The position numbers and the translations under genes were made by a program. Shown piece after piece: positions 1-13,000 of a DNA stretch of 64,000 nt. Source of the DNA: Chrysomallon squamiferum (taxonomy: Eukaryota > Animalia > Mollusca); contig CM022671.1 of assembly GCA_012295275.1 (NCBI GenBank), positions 15,066,001 through 15,130,000 of the forward strand. Direction: 5' to 3'. Every line of letters begins with the position of its first letter. The first letter of the stretch is position 1. Under the pieces are notes generated by a model that was not told where the DNA came from, ran no database searches, and was given only the letters and a program-made list of their open reading frames with translations.

Positions 1-1343
1 AATTGCCTTAGAAAAATAATCACCAAAGTTTCAATAATCTGACCATTAAAAAAAACACATGTCATTAGATAATACTAATTTTTAAATCACCATGTCACTG
101 TTAGGTAATATGAAATAATTTCAATGAAATTATGATTCATACTGTTTCATTTATTAGATTTTTATTTCAATCTAATCCATAAAATAAACATTAAAAGAAA
201 AATATTATTTTTCCAGAATCAATTTAATAAGCTATTTGACTGGAAATAATAGTTTAACAGTGACCATGTTTACTTGGCAGATTAATCAGGTAGTGGTTGG
301 TACACTGATAAGATTCAGATAACATACACATATTGTAACACATAATTTAACATACTAGCCACTTTTATTATATCATAACTAGAAGCCATGTAAAAAGCAA
401 TCAGCAAGTCCTCCCACGGTTTATCACCAGTGAAGGGCTATCTTTTGACATGTTTTTATTAACTGCACCTTTATAGATTACAGGTGCACTTTATAAAGAT
501 TAAATGAATATAAGTTCTCATATTATTTTGTATGAACTATTTATAGCCTGTTTTCTTTAGAAGTAAATCATCTTTTTTTCTTTTTTTCAAGCAGGGAGCA
601 CAGCTTGACCAAAAATTAAGCTGACATGACATTTGTAACAAATGGGTGGCACATCACAATCATGCCCTGCAGACAACTTCTTCATCCAGCTATATTTAGT
701 TAGATTGGTCATCTATGCATTCTTTTAATAAAACATATTAAATTAAAGAGTAAACTGACATGTAGTTGTAGGCAATAAAAGTGTATAGCTGTGAAAAGGA
801 TATACCATTAGTTTTGTAAACAAAAAAGTGTAGTAAATGACATAACAGGAAGTATTTCATTCAGTTTAACTGTTATTTTTTTAAATATTTTTTTCAGTGA
901 AATTTTTAGCACTAAATATCTACACCCATTGGCATAATGAAAGAAAGTAATGGAAAATAAAATAATGACATATTAATAAATATATTAAACTCAGTTTGAT
1001 GAGATGATTACAAGGTTATATATAAACATATTTCTATAAAGAAAAACGTTAACAAAACAGGCTGAATGTGAAAACACATACTATATATATATATATATAT
1101 ATATATCTGTGATTTATAATCTGAAATGATGTTGATTATATCATTATTGATATGAACGTTTATTTACAACAGTAAGTTGAAAGCATACAACTACAAGCTT
1201 TTTAACTGAAGACAAATGATGCATTTTTAACAAAAGCCACTTCTGACATAAATATAATACTTATTGTTACTCATTTACTGTTAGTGTTACTGACAGGGCT
1301 TTAACCGTGTTTTTGAAAGGTTAGCAGTATATATATTTTTAAT

Positions 1344-1344
<1 letters not shown>

Positions 1345-1412
<68 letters not shown>

Positions 1413-1421
1413 CTGTTGTTG
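1345..1421. repeat. Compound microsatellite (ATT)n(GTT)n
   Basis: Directly visible trinucleotide runs. Confidence 0.95.
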
Positions 1422-1495
1422 TATATATAAATAACTATTTTATCGCTATAAAAATATGCACAGCAACAGTAAAATTATCCATCTAATACAATTAC

Positions 1496-1678
1496 CTGTA
1501 AATATTTGCGAGGAACATATCCAATACTGTTGTCTTTCAGCGAACGAGCACCCCACCAGTCCGTCTGCTCGTCACATTCAAACACTTCAAATCTATCACC
1601 TTTTGCAAATTGCAAAATGTTTTGAGAACAACCTGTTTCGGGAGGAATAAAGTCTGAAATAGCTTTGTAGATATCCAT
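1496..1678 (-). CDS. First coding exon of a gene with an N-terminal SH3 domain (gene continues beyond the left edge)
   Basis: Translation MDIYKAISDF...LQFAKGDRFEV...DWWGARS...GYVPRKYLQ has the SH3 hallmarks (YxAxxDF, F-x-K-G-D, WW, GYVPxxY). The ATG is in good context (AAGCAATGG) with an in-frame TAA just upstream. The exon ends at CAG|gtaatt (phase 0). No further exon was recognised in 1-1495. Confidence 0.85.
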
Positions 1679-1764
1679 TGCTTTGCTTTACTTCTTATTA
1701 CATCTGAAGTTGTAAATCTGCTCCCACTTCGACAAGTTCTGTTCTTATGTACACAGAAGAAAAC

Positions 1765-1776
1765 ACACGGAAGTAA
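1765..1776. promoter_or_regulatory. Candidate ETS-family site (CGGAAGT) upstream of the SH3 gene
   Basis: ACACGGAAGTAA about 90 bp upstream of the ATG, at the edge of a CpG-retaining region. Motif match only. Confidence 0.3.
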
Positions 1777-2772
1777 CTTAGTAAATCAAGAGTTCATAGA
1801 CAATTGTCAAAGCCGAATTACTTCCCTTTGTAATTTTCTTCCTCAATTGAAAGGAAATGCTATATACCAGAAATAAACATCTATACTGGCTAAAGTTTCA
1901 CAAATTTTAAAGAAGAAAATAACTGTTATAAGTGGTTTCGGTGTAATACGTTCGTTCCCTGGTTTTACGTTACAACAAAAAACATGAAGAAAAACTGGCA
2001 TTCAATATAAAAATTGCATTATCGTGTCGTTACGAATATTGTTTTCAATTGTATTTTTATTTATTTATTGAACAAAGATAATCTAAATAATTTTGTAAAC
2101 TAAGCCGATATATTATATACAAAAAAATAAATAAATAAATAAAAAATTATTTCTGAAATATTACGCAAGCATACGATTCATCATTAATAAAGACGTTAAT
2201 TTTATTTTTGAGATGTGTATTGTGCTAGAAGTAATGATACTATAATATCAATATATTAATAATAAAATAATAATATATAATTTTTTTTTTAAATTGTTTT
2301 CTGTCACAGAGTACACTATAACAGTATACTTCACAACTAATTAACCAATTAAATATCAAAATGACAAGTAATTTGAATAACATAATTCAAACTTGGCTGT
2401 TATAATTTGATATCTGATATACTGCTAGACTATAATTAACTACTGCAGCTTGCCGTTTTTTTTTTTTTTTTTTTTTTTTAAGTAATACTGTATATGTGAT
2501 CGTTGAAAGGGCATTTGCACAACGATGTCACGTTTTTTTTTTTTTATTATTGTGTTCCTATCAAAATATATTTAATGTGTGTGTGTGTGTGTTTAGTCTT
2601 GCTGCAGAAATTTGAAGCAGATACTGAAATAGTGAGAATGTCAGTCGGACGAATGAGGTGCTAACAATGGCGAAACAAAGGACACGAAAGATTTGGAGTC
2701 AGTATTATGAAACAGACGTGTCAGTCAAACATCTCCGTTCTAACTAAACTGACCACTTCGTTTCTCTGACCA

Positions 2773-2775
<3 letters not shown>

Positions 2776-2828
<53 letters not shown>
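2776..2828. repeat. (CA)n microsatellite
   Basis: Directly visible. Confidence 0.95.
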
Positions 2829-2833
<5 letters not shown>

Positions 2834-4112
2834 TTAGTAATTGAATGATACTGCGACTGTATAAACATTGGTTGTTTTGTCCTACGTATAAAAATAATTA
2901 TCCGGCTAAAGTTTTTAGACTTAGTAATAAATTACAGATGGGGAAGTCTCATTCACAAAAGCATTCTTACTTGGTGAGCAATACTCAAACGAGTGGGAAA
3001 ATGGTATAGGCATCTTAAATACAACATTGTTCGTAAATTGAAATAATACTTTTTTCTTGGAATCTTGTAATGATTTCTCCTTTTGATAGTAAAAAAATAT
3101 ATATATATTTAAAAAGTTTCGGTGAAATATCCATATTCTTGCGGTTTAAACCCCGCATAAATAAAAAGCAATTTAAAACGACCACTCTTTTAAAGCATAC
3201 ACTACATATCTATCAAAATCAGTGTAATAACGGCATGATTATCAATTTAATTTGTTTGTTTGGTCAACATGATTAATTACTATGAAATAAATGTGATAAT
3301 AATCATAATTAAGATAAAGGATACCATATGGACAGAGAATTTATATCAACGAGTAATCGGTCGCATAACGAACTAAGATAGCATACATTTAGAAAATTGA
3401 ATATTATTTCCAAAAATAATACCTTAAAGTTGGGATAAACTCTAGACGTCATTGGATACTATGGTTTCATGACAAATTAGTTTCATATTTTCTAAGGTAT
3501 GCTATGTCACTATATGCTAATTATGCGTTATTCTTTAGCAAGTTATTAAAGCTTGATCGAATAAATAATTACATAAATTCCATTTTGATAATTAAGTGTC
3601 AGGGAAAATATTGATGATAGAATATATATATATATATATATATATTTATTTTTAAGTTAGGGAGAGTTTGTACTACTTAGTTTTTTTCTCTGGAAGTCTT
3701 TTGTCCTAGCTTGTTTTTAACTGGAGGGTGTGTGTGCGTTTGCCTTATTTTGCATTTCTACTGGGAAATTTGTCTGCGTCTGCATTTTTGGGTAGAGGTG
3801 TTGTCCTGAGGGGATTACTATCATATCCCATTATAAAATTTAATACACCTCGTTTTCACATTTAAGGCATAGGTAAAAAAAAAAAAAAAAAGAAAGAAAT
3901 CAGCATCATTATTTATTGTCTCATTTCTTTTTTTTTCTTTTTTTTTAATTTCCTCGCTTGTCTGTCTTCTTATCTGGTTGAGGCATGCTAACCATCACCC
4001 ACCTGAGAGCTGTATATAAACTTACACAAAAGAAAGCGTCTTACTTACGGCAGAATGTCACGTAGTGTGTTCGAGTGAGCAAACCCAGTAATATTAGCAG
4101 TTACTGAAAAAC

Positions 4113-4303
4113 GTAACATACTCACACATTCTATTTTGACAGATGGTGTGAAAATGCGATGAATGGGTATACCCATTTTGAAGGGGTTAACTGGCAGCTG
4201 TGGTTGGTTAGGTTAGTATAGGTGTTATTCTACGTAAATCTTGTAACAACCAGTCCATTAGACAGTCATCACTATCTGCAAAAATATGAGTGAATGCAAT
4301 TAC
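4113..4303. mobile_element. Decayed short TIR element (MITE-like)
   Basis: Left end GTAACATACTCACACATTCTATTTTGACAGATGGTG resembles the reverse complement of the right end (GTAATTGCATTCACTCATATTTTTGCAGATAGTG). It also holds a perfect 16-bp palindrome at 4162-4177 and a GGTTAGGTTAG tract. Confidence 0.45.
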
Positions 4304-4418
4304 ATATATATAACTGATCAAATTCTTTGGAAATTTATATTGTTGTACAAGGACTGCCACTAAAATTAATTCCAAGTTAACGAAATCAAATTCGGGAATT
4401 TAAAAACATAAAGAAGTA

Positions 4419-5040
4419 GGAATATTCAATTGTTGGAAATATGACCGACGGACATTACACCGAACGGACGTTGGACCCACATACATTTTTCAGAATGGAC
4501 ATAATTATAGGCCTTTTCAGTTTTGTTTGTTTTTACCTCTGCTTATCAAATATTTATTTATTTATTTAAATTTCTTTCCTGCAACCTGTCTGCTTTATAA
4601 AACAAACGATAAAAATGACAAAAATAACATAATTAAAAACAAATTAAAAATCTTTATTGCACATCAGTTGCAATAAAGATATTAATTGTAATGTAGACTT
4701 ATTGTAACACAAATAGCAGTATATAACGGTAAACAGGCTGAGTTCAAAACGCTGGTCCTGACTCCATGTCGCTTCAAAGCGGCCAAGAAACAAAGACAGA
4801 AATTCGAATGTTTGATTTTCTAGTGCCGAGACAAACTCACTGAAGCTTTCCGCAACCTCACTGAAATACGCCCATCTCGGCCAGTTGTGTTTGTACAAGG
4901 CGTATGCTTCTTTGCCTAATATATATAATTATTTTAATCAAGTATTTGGCAGTTCGGCCATTTGTCCATTCGTTTATTTGTCCCATCGGGTAAATATCCG
5001 TTCAATTAAATGATGTTTGGCTACAATGTCCGAAGAGCCG
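4419..5040. mobile_element. Candidate non-autonomous DNA transposon with inverted arrays of ~16-bp subterminal repeats
   Basis: Left units such as CGGACATTACACCGAA and CGGACGTTGGACCC are mirrored by right-end units whose reverse complement reads CGGACATTGTAGCCAA, CGGATATTTACCCGAT, TGGACAAATGGCCGAA. The interior retains CpG. Exact ends and TSD are uncertain. Confidence 0.5.
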
Positions 5041-8000
5041 AAGAATAGAATTGTTTTAGTTTTTAAATTTGTTACTATTGAGAGAATAAACTTTTATGCA
5101 AAGAAAAATATTTTATAAAAATACATTAACTAATTATACAACTGATAAAATATTTGCCTACGTTCACGAATGTGTTATTGAAAATAAATGATTAAACGAC
5201 CCATTTCCTTTGTCGTTGCTATAGCTATATATTTTATTAAACTTATTAAACTTATTACCCATGTTGTAACAGAAAATTAAAAAAATGGATTTTTAATGTT
5301 CAGCCTCGACGATTAGTCCATCTTAACGACAAAATGATAAACTAAAACTTTAAAATATAACATCGAATTTTTTTTTACAAATTGTTAAATTATTCGTTTC
5401 TGTGAAAATGGGTCAAATATAGATTTTGAGATTTATAGCATTTTATCCTTTTAGTGATTCTATTAGAAGTTTTGCTTTGTTGACCTTAAAACTAAAATAG
5501 CCTCTTAAGTTATGAGCAAACAGCCATTTTCATGTACAAAAAAATTGGTGATTACAACTGGAGATCTATCTAAAGGTTTGATTCCTGGATTATAATATGC
5601 TCCAAATCCATTTCAGGCGATTCTAAATCTGAATTTTACGAAGTCCGAAATGTTTTTTTCCAATAAAAATAATGGAAATGAATCAATCGGTTCCCAGACT
5701 CTAAATTATACCCCATTTCGATAAATTTATGGTAAAAGTAACACTAATTAAACGCCCTGAAAATAGATAATAGACTGAAATACTATTTAATAAAATAAAA
5801 AACTGCCTTTACTTCTACACTTTTCTTGAACGCCATGGATAATATACATATATATATATATATATATAGCACAGATACACAAACAGGCGCGCCCGCGCGC
5901 GCTAAAGCTAAGAAAAAGCCACGATCAGACTCGTTAGTAACGTAAAAGGAACTTCCACAACGAAATCGACACGAATTGACCACGCAACAAATGACGTTTA
6001 CGCAACGAGCGCATTTTTGAACTCCATTTTATGAGCTACGCAAAACATTTCATAACACTTGATCTTGTGCAGATAAAACTAATATTACTGCCATTTAAAC
6101 TACTAACGATAAATTTATTTAATTATTTAACACAATGTATAACCCATGAATCACAAGGTGTAAAACTTTATTTCAACAATTAAAAATAATTTACGTGGTT
6201 GTAAGTAAATACAGAATGAGGTAACTGATAAGAAACCGGAGCTAAATTTCTTGAGCATTCTCTGACAATTGATTTTTATAGACTTTTTTAAAATTATTTT
6301 TTTTTAAATATAATATATAAATTGCAGATATGAAAAGGCATTTCTAAATTTATTTTCTGTTATGAGTGTAAATAAAATCTGTTCCTTAAAACAAAATTCA
6401 GATCTATATTGAAATCTAAAATGTATTCAATATTTAAATCAAAATAAATAATTAATAAAAGTCTGATAAAAATATATGTGCCGTTAAAACAGTATAAATA
6501 GATTTCCATAAAATATTAAAAAAAACATTAAATGCACTGAAATTTGGCAACCAGCTGTCAAGCAGCAAATCATTGAAAAAATCAGATGATTTAGAAGAGA
6601 AACTGTGTTTAAAAATCATACACAATAATGTAAATAAATGAATATATGAAACATTTATTTATGTGAGTTCAATGCAACAATTTGGCATATAAATTCATTT
6701 TTTTTCTTCAAATTTTAATAGTGATGAAATGTATGTTAATTCAGATCAAAATGGTTTTACAAGACATGAAACAACTGAGTCATAAAAAGCAAACAACCAT
6801 AAATAATCCAAAAACAATTCCATTGAACTTCAAAAATGTTTCAGTGTTGAGAGCTCATATTTTCTGATTTATTGTAATACAAATAATTGACTGATCTGTA
6901 TGATTAGCACCAATACAAAACATATTTTCATTATTAAAAAAGACAAATATAATAATAATAATAAATAATTAAAATAAATATAGATAATAATTTATTTTAT
7001 AAAATGAATAATCCATATCAGATTTCTCCCATTAAATCAATAAGCATTAAATGAATACCACCACAATCATCAAAAAGAATACACAAAATTAGTTAGTACC
7101 CATTTAATAAACAATTAGCATGTGTGTGATAAATTAAGGCTACATATTTGTGCAATTAGGTGTTTGAAACTGCATGGGCTAATAGTAATAATAATAATTT
7201 ATTTATGGTAATCATATTATTCCAAATATTTTACCTTCTATTTTAGATAAATCACAAAGAAATGATTCATAAGTAGATTTCATGTTCCAGAAAAGCAATT
7301 TTCAACTCTATAAATATTATTATTATCCATATCCAAAGAAATTCTTGTCGAGCTAACAAATATGGGAAGATAATGTGTGTGAGGAAAATAAAATGTTTTG
7401 CAGATTATACCACACATTCTACCTTTGGTAACAGGAAAAATCTGAATTTGAACTCTCGGAATCTGACAGAAATGAACTACAACGGAGAGGAAAGATTCTT
7501 AAAACTAACAAAAGGAAACTCTGCTTATTAAGTTGGTCTCAAAGAGGTTTAGTAGTGTCCTTTTATATTGAAATTACAGCACTACCAGCAAACAGCATGT
7601 TTTATTATTATTATTATTATTATTACCACATGCATTTGTGGTGATTGTCTCCTACACAGGCTGCTCCCATGGGAACAGTTTTAAACATTCTAATACATAA
7701 AGCTTAATTTTTAATTTATGCTCTGCGTAGACACACACTATCCAGACTGGATTCAATAAACCACCAAAAGGCAAAGAAGGTTCACAACCACCTGTGATAA
7801 AGCAAGTGTGATCCTGTGATTGTCAGGCAAAAGGTGCTAAGTCATCTCTACAGTGATGATCATAACAAATTACTAAACATTTAATAATAACTTTTTATAT
7901 ATGAAACACATTTTCATAAAGTCTTGGATATTTAACAACACAAATCTCCCAATATTATTCAAATGTTAGTACACGTTAAATAACTTATATTAAAATTTAT

Positions 8001-10021
8001 TGAAAATATTGTATAAATCATCATGTAGTTATCATGACATTAGCAAAATGATTAAATTAAGGATATTAAATACAGCGAAGCCATACAATGAACATACAAG
8101 GGTTAATGAAAAGAAAATTTGTATACATTACATATTAGCTTTCTGTATAAATAAAATTCATAACAAAACAAAACATTAAAGTCTGAAAACACAGCGAATA
8201 ATACTATAACAAAAACAGTCAAAACAGTAGTTCATTAAAAACAACATGTACAACAGCATATTTGTAAAAAGCAGAGCTAAACTGTCATGCTTGTTATTAG
8301 TGTACGTATTACTAGTATACAAGTCTGACAATTTCAGTGGTTTCATTATCAGAATGTTTTAAAATAAAAATCACAAGTATGAAGAAAACACTTGATTTTT
8401 TTTGAGTATTTTAACATTTAGGAAGTTTAAATGTTTGCAAACAAAAATTAAACAGGCATAAATTATCTAAAATTCTAGTTAACCATTTAGCCTTGAAAGT
8501 ATCAGGTAAAGACAAACATTTGACAGTAATTGTACAAATGCAATACAATAGATTAAATACTTAATATGAAAAAAACAAACACGCACAATAACACTGTTTA
8601 GTAAACACAGTCATGTTGGATACGGTGTAATTTCCATTAATATATTACTACTGTACTGTGATTATTCTGAACACTGGCCAAAATTTGGTAATCTACACCT
8701 GCAAAAATGTTAAGCTTCCTCTGAGATTATAAAGTATAATATTATGTCACAAGTAATTCCACCTGTTATATCACTTACTGAGTGTCTACTTGGCTGTCGC
8801 TACACTGATATTAATCAACTGGTCAGCAAACACGGGCTAACATGGTGGATCTCCCTGATCTGGACATTGTCACATGACAGCAATAATAGGACACTGCTGC
8901 ATTGAGAGTGACAGTAGCTGTCCCTTCGGCAAATCCACCACAGAACTGGAGTGATGAGAGATGGAAGCAATAATAAAAAGTATCTTTGTTTTGCCATGTA
9001 AAAACTTTTGGTCTCTATAGAAATTTAAGCAATAACATGAATAATACTGGTAAAAATTAGTGCCTTTTTTTTTTTTTTTTTTTTTGGTCAGTTATTTAGT
9101 AATATTAAAAAGTGCAAGAGAGGACTAGAATACACTGAATATGTTTGGATTAGATTAACCCATTTAAACTTTGTCTTTAGTCTGTACCTATTTTAGAAGA
9201 AATATATTTTATTTGTTTATACATATACTGTTGTAAAGAGCATGTTAAATGGTGCTACATTTGCATTTATGTAGTGTCTGAGGTAAAATTAAAATTCAGT
9301 TATGTAATTATATGGCATACAATAAAGTTGAGTGGATTAACTTTTTCATATTTCTTTCATATTCCACACCAAACAACATTCCCAAATATTTTACTTCTGT
9401 TTTATGCAGTAACATAGGAGTAGATGTGATATCAATGGTATCAGATGTTTGAAATATGCTAAACTGAAATGAACAGTTTTTAAATCTTTCTTGATATTTG
9501 CACCCTGTTAAAAGAAAACAGGAATGTATTGGCAAGTGTTCATTCGTTGTTTTTCAAACAGAGATCATTGTTTTTTGTGTATGCATGAACAAGTGGATGT
9601 AAATGCATTACATTCATATCAAAATGCCACAGCTCATGTTCCAGAAGAAAAATGTTTAAATATTTTGTTATTAAATGTTTTTTTTTTAATATATATATAA
9701 ATTAATAAAATTAATAAAAATGTCTAAATATATTGTTATTAAGAAAAATATATTAAATGGGATTATAATATAACAAGCATTATGGCACTGTAACAATTTC
9801 ACTGTAACAAATATGAAAGTTTTTTTGGCACATTTTTAACCATTGTTTTTTTTTATAGTGCTGCCATGAGGATGTTATATCAGTAGGTGCATGTGTACGT
9901 ATGTATGTCTGTATATGTGTATATGATAAAACACTGCCCTTACTGCATCTGCTCCTTCTCAAAAATCAACATGCTGATGAGGTGTAGAGTTGAGTAACTG
10001 ATGGCAAGCCTGTGTTAAAGT

Positions 10022-13000
10022 TCAGTGATGTATACCACTGTGAAGAGAAGAGGAGCTAGCAATATGTCTGACTTCTGATCGATGAAGATCTTCCTGTGAT
10101 GGAGAAGACAAAACACTTCCTGATGCCGACTGAGAAATCTGTCGACACTGCTTGCTTTTTTGACTTCCACCAATGAGAAATGTTTCAAGTTTGTCAACGC
10201 ATGCTTCTTGATAATCGTGTATCCATCTAAAATGTAGAAATTTTAAAAATAAACCACACACACAGTAATTAGTAATACATAAATAAATCAAATATTTTAT
10301 ACTAAATTAAACTATGTATGGGCAATTTAAAAGGCTTGTGAGAAAAATAACATATTTACTCACCTCACATTGTTGTAATGTTCGAGACTATTCATGTGTA
10401 ATTTTGAAGACTTTGGAGAAACATATTCACTCACCTGACACTGTTGAAACGTACAAGACTTCGCATGTCTTCTGGCAGTTTGTCAAGAGGAGGCCAGTCA
10501 AAGTTGTCCATTATGGGAACAATGTTGATATTACTTGTCAATGCTGTGACTATTTCCTGAAAATATCAAGGCTTTGATTCAGTCATGTCAAGATGGTGAC
10601 ATTTTATTAACAGACTGAAATATGATATTCTTTTAGATGACACGATATCTTACTGTGGCAGATGAATATGGTGGCCAAATTTTGCTAATAAAACAAAATA
10701 CAACCTTGAAATATTGCTCTCATTTTGTTCTTTGCAGCTGTGACATCATCACTTCAGATAAATGTGACATCAGTTCAGGATTTTGTATGTGAATGTTATC
10801 TATTTTTCTTCTAGTGTACAAAACAGTTTATATTCATTTAAATTTATTTTGATGCAATAGTAAACTGTTTATAAATTATACTCTATCTCAGTCAAATTTA
10901 AAAGTTGCGTAATTTTTCAAATATACATTTTTGCACTCAGTTTCTTTAACTGTAAACACAATTACTTGGCCATAATGAAGAATGTTAAAATACTTTGTGC
11001 ACCCAGTCCTCTGTGTGGATATCATCAAGGCAACGATCCAGTGCATCGTGGGTGAGAATGACAATGAAGTTGCGAGACAGCTGAATGCTGAGGAGTAAAT
11101 TCTCATCAAACTTTCCAGCGCGGAGCCGATCAATATCGAGGAAAACTGTGAAACCTCGAAGTTGCAGATGAACTTTGAGAAGACTGAAACAAAGAATGAT
11201 CTTAACTGAACATTTTGAAAACTGCAGATATAATGATATGACATCTATCACCATGAATAACAATTTATTCAGTACAGAATTAATTATAACAAAAATTAAA
11301 GTGTTGGCATCCATTCAACATCTTGTGACTGTAATGTTTCTGTTATCCTTCATTATTAGCAAAGATTATTAATTGATAGAAAGAAAACGTTACAAATACT
11401 GATATATAGATGAAAATAAAGACAATCTATAAATATACAGATGTAGAGATAGATATAAATGCAGATTATAGATAAAGATAGACATACTGATAGAGATAGC
11501 ATACAGATACAGATACAGATACAGATATAGATATAAATTATAGATGTAAAGGATTACCTGGCTAGTTGTGAGCCACTGGATCTGCGGTAACACAGAAAGA
11601 CATCAATTGAGCGCATCCCATTACTGAGACTGGCAGACAAGTCTGTCACTGGTAATGGTGCAGCAGGTCCAACTTCAAGCCGGTCAACTATTTCTGAAAA
11701 CAACATTTACATGAAGCTTAATTAAGAATACAATAATCAGATAAATTCTTTTATTAAATTGGCACATAAACAAAAATAAACACATTGCACACCTGAGTAC
11801 ATGCACATTTTTTGGCACATCTCTTTTTAAGTATGCCCTGCATTACTAAATTACATGTGTTTGTATGTGTATGGTTACATCTGTATGTGCATGCAGACAA
11901 CTGGTATGTGTTTGTCATGTGTATGTAATTAAGAACTTTAATCTTACCATCTGTATGTTGAATGATTTTTCTGCGATGAATACTGTTATTAATGCCACAC
12001 TCGTTACGAAGTTCATCTTCCGTAAGACAGTGTAACATGTATTTATCTACTCCTTGTCGCAGCATGTTGTAAGTATACTGGGACAAGTCAGGAAACAATC
12101 CCATAAGCCAGTTGTCCAGACCTGTCGGATCACATGATGTATAATCTGCAGTGATTTTTAATGATTTCAGTTCTCGCATAAATCTGAGAGGGGGAAAAAG
12201 AATGACATCATTAATTATAAAAAAAACCAGGCTTAAGTTAAATGAACTACAAAAAGAAATTAATTAATTAATGAGAAATAATATAATAATTTATTGGAAT
12301 TTCTAATTTACAGAAAGTTAAGGTATAATCTAAAAGAAATGAAAAAGGTATTTTAGAAGAATAAAACAATAAATTATATATTTAATAAAACAATTGTAGC
12401 TTTATGGTTAGTTAATGCTTTGGAACAATTTCACTCTTTCACAAACTTAACAATTCCATAATTTGTAAAGAAAACACACATTACGTTAGCTTTGATAATT
12501 CAAATAAATTTATAACAGAGTATTCAAATCATTCAGTCCACTGTCTATTTTAACAAATATGGGCAAATACTGTCTCTGTACCTTTCTTTATGTGAATACT
12601 ACAACTCATTCAGTCTACTATTTTATATTTTAACAAATGGTCTCTGAACTCTCTTTCTGAAGATGCTTCAAGTTATTCAGTTCAGTATTCTGTAAGACTT
12701 TCTTACAATACTCTTGAGTTATTCACTTCATTATTTTGCATTCTAAGAAATGTCAACAACTATTGCTTTCTGTACCTATTCCTGCCAATACTCTGGGTCA
12801 TGCAATCTACTTTTCTGTGTTCTAAGAAATGTCAACAACTACTGCTTTCTGTACCTATTCCTGCCAATACTCTGGGTCATTCAATCTGCTTTTCTATGTT
12901 CTAAGAAATGTCAACAGATACCTCTTTTTGACAATACTTTGGGTCATTCCCAGGCTGTCTTGCAGATCTTCATCTGTGATAATGAGCAGCAAATCTCCAT

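Noticed and set aside
4644-4898. 84-aa ORF inside the candidate TIR element
   Set aside because: Non-ATG start and no transposase or other motif recognised.
7666-7675. Perfect EBF/COE-type palindrome TCCCATGGGA
   Set aside because: Isolated 10-mer in a probable 3' UTR with no supporting context.
10743-10765. ~21-nt similarity to 50830-50849 (ACATCATC..TTCAGATAAATGT)
   Set aside because: Too short and gapped to separate from chance or a tiny repeat fragment.
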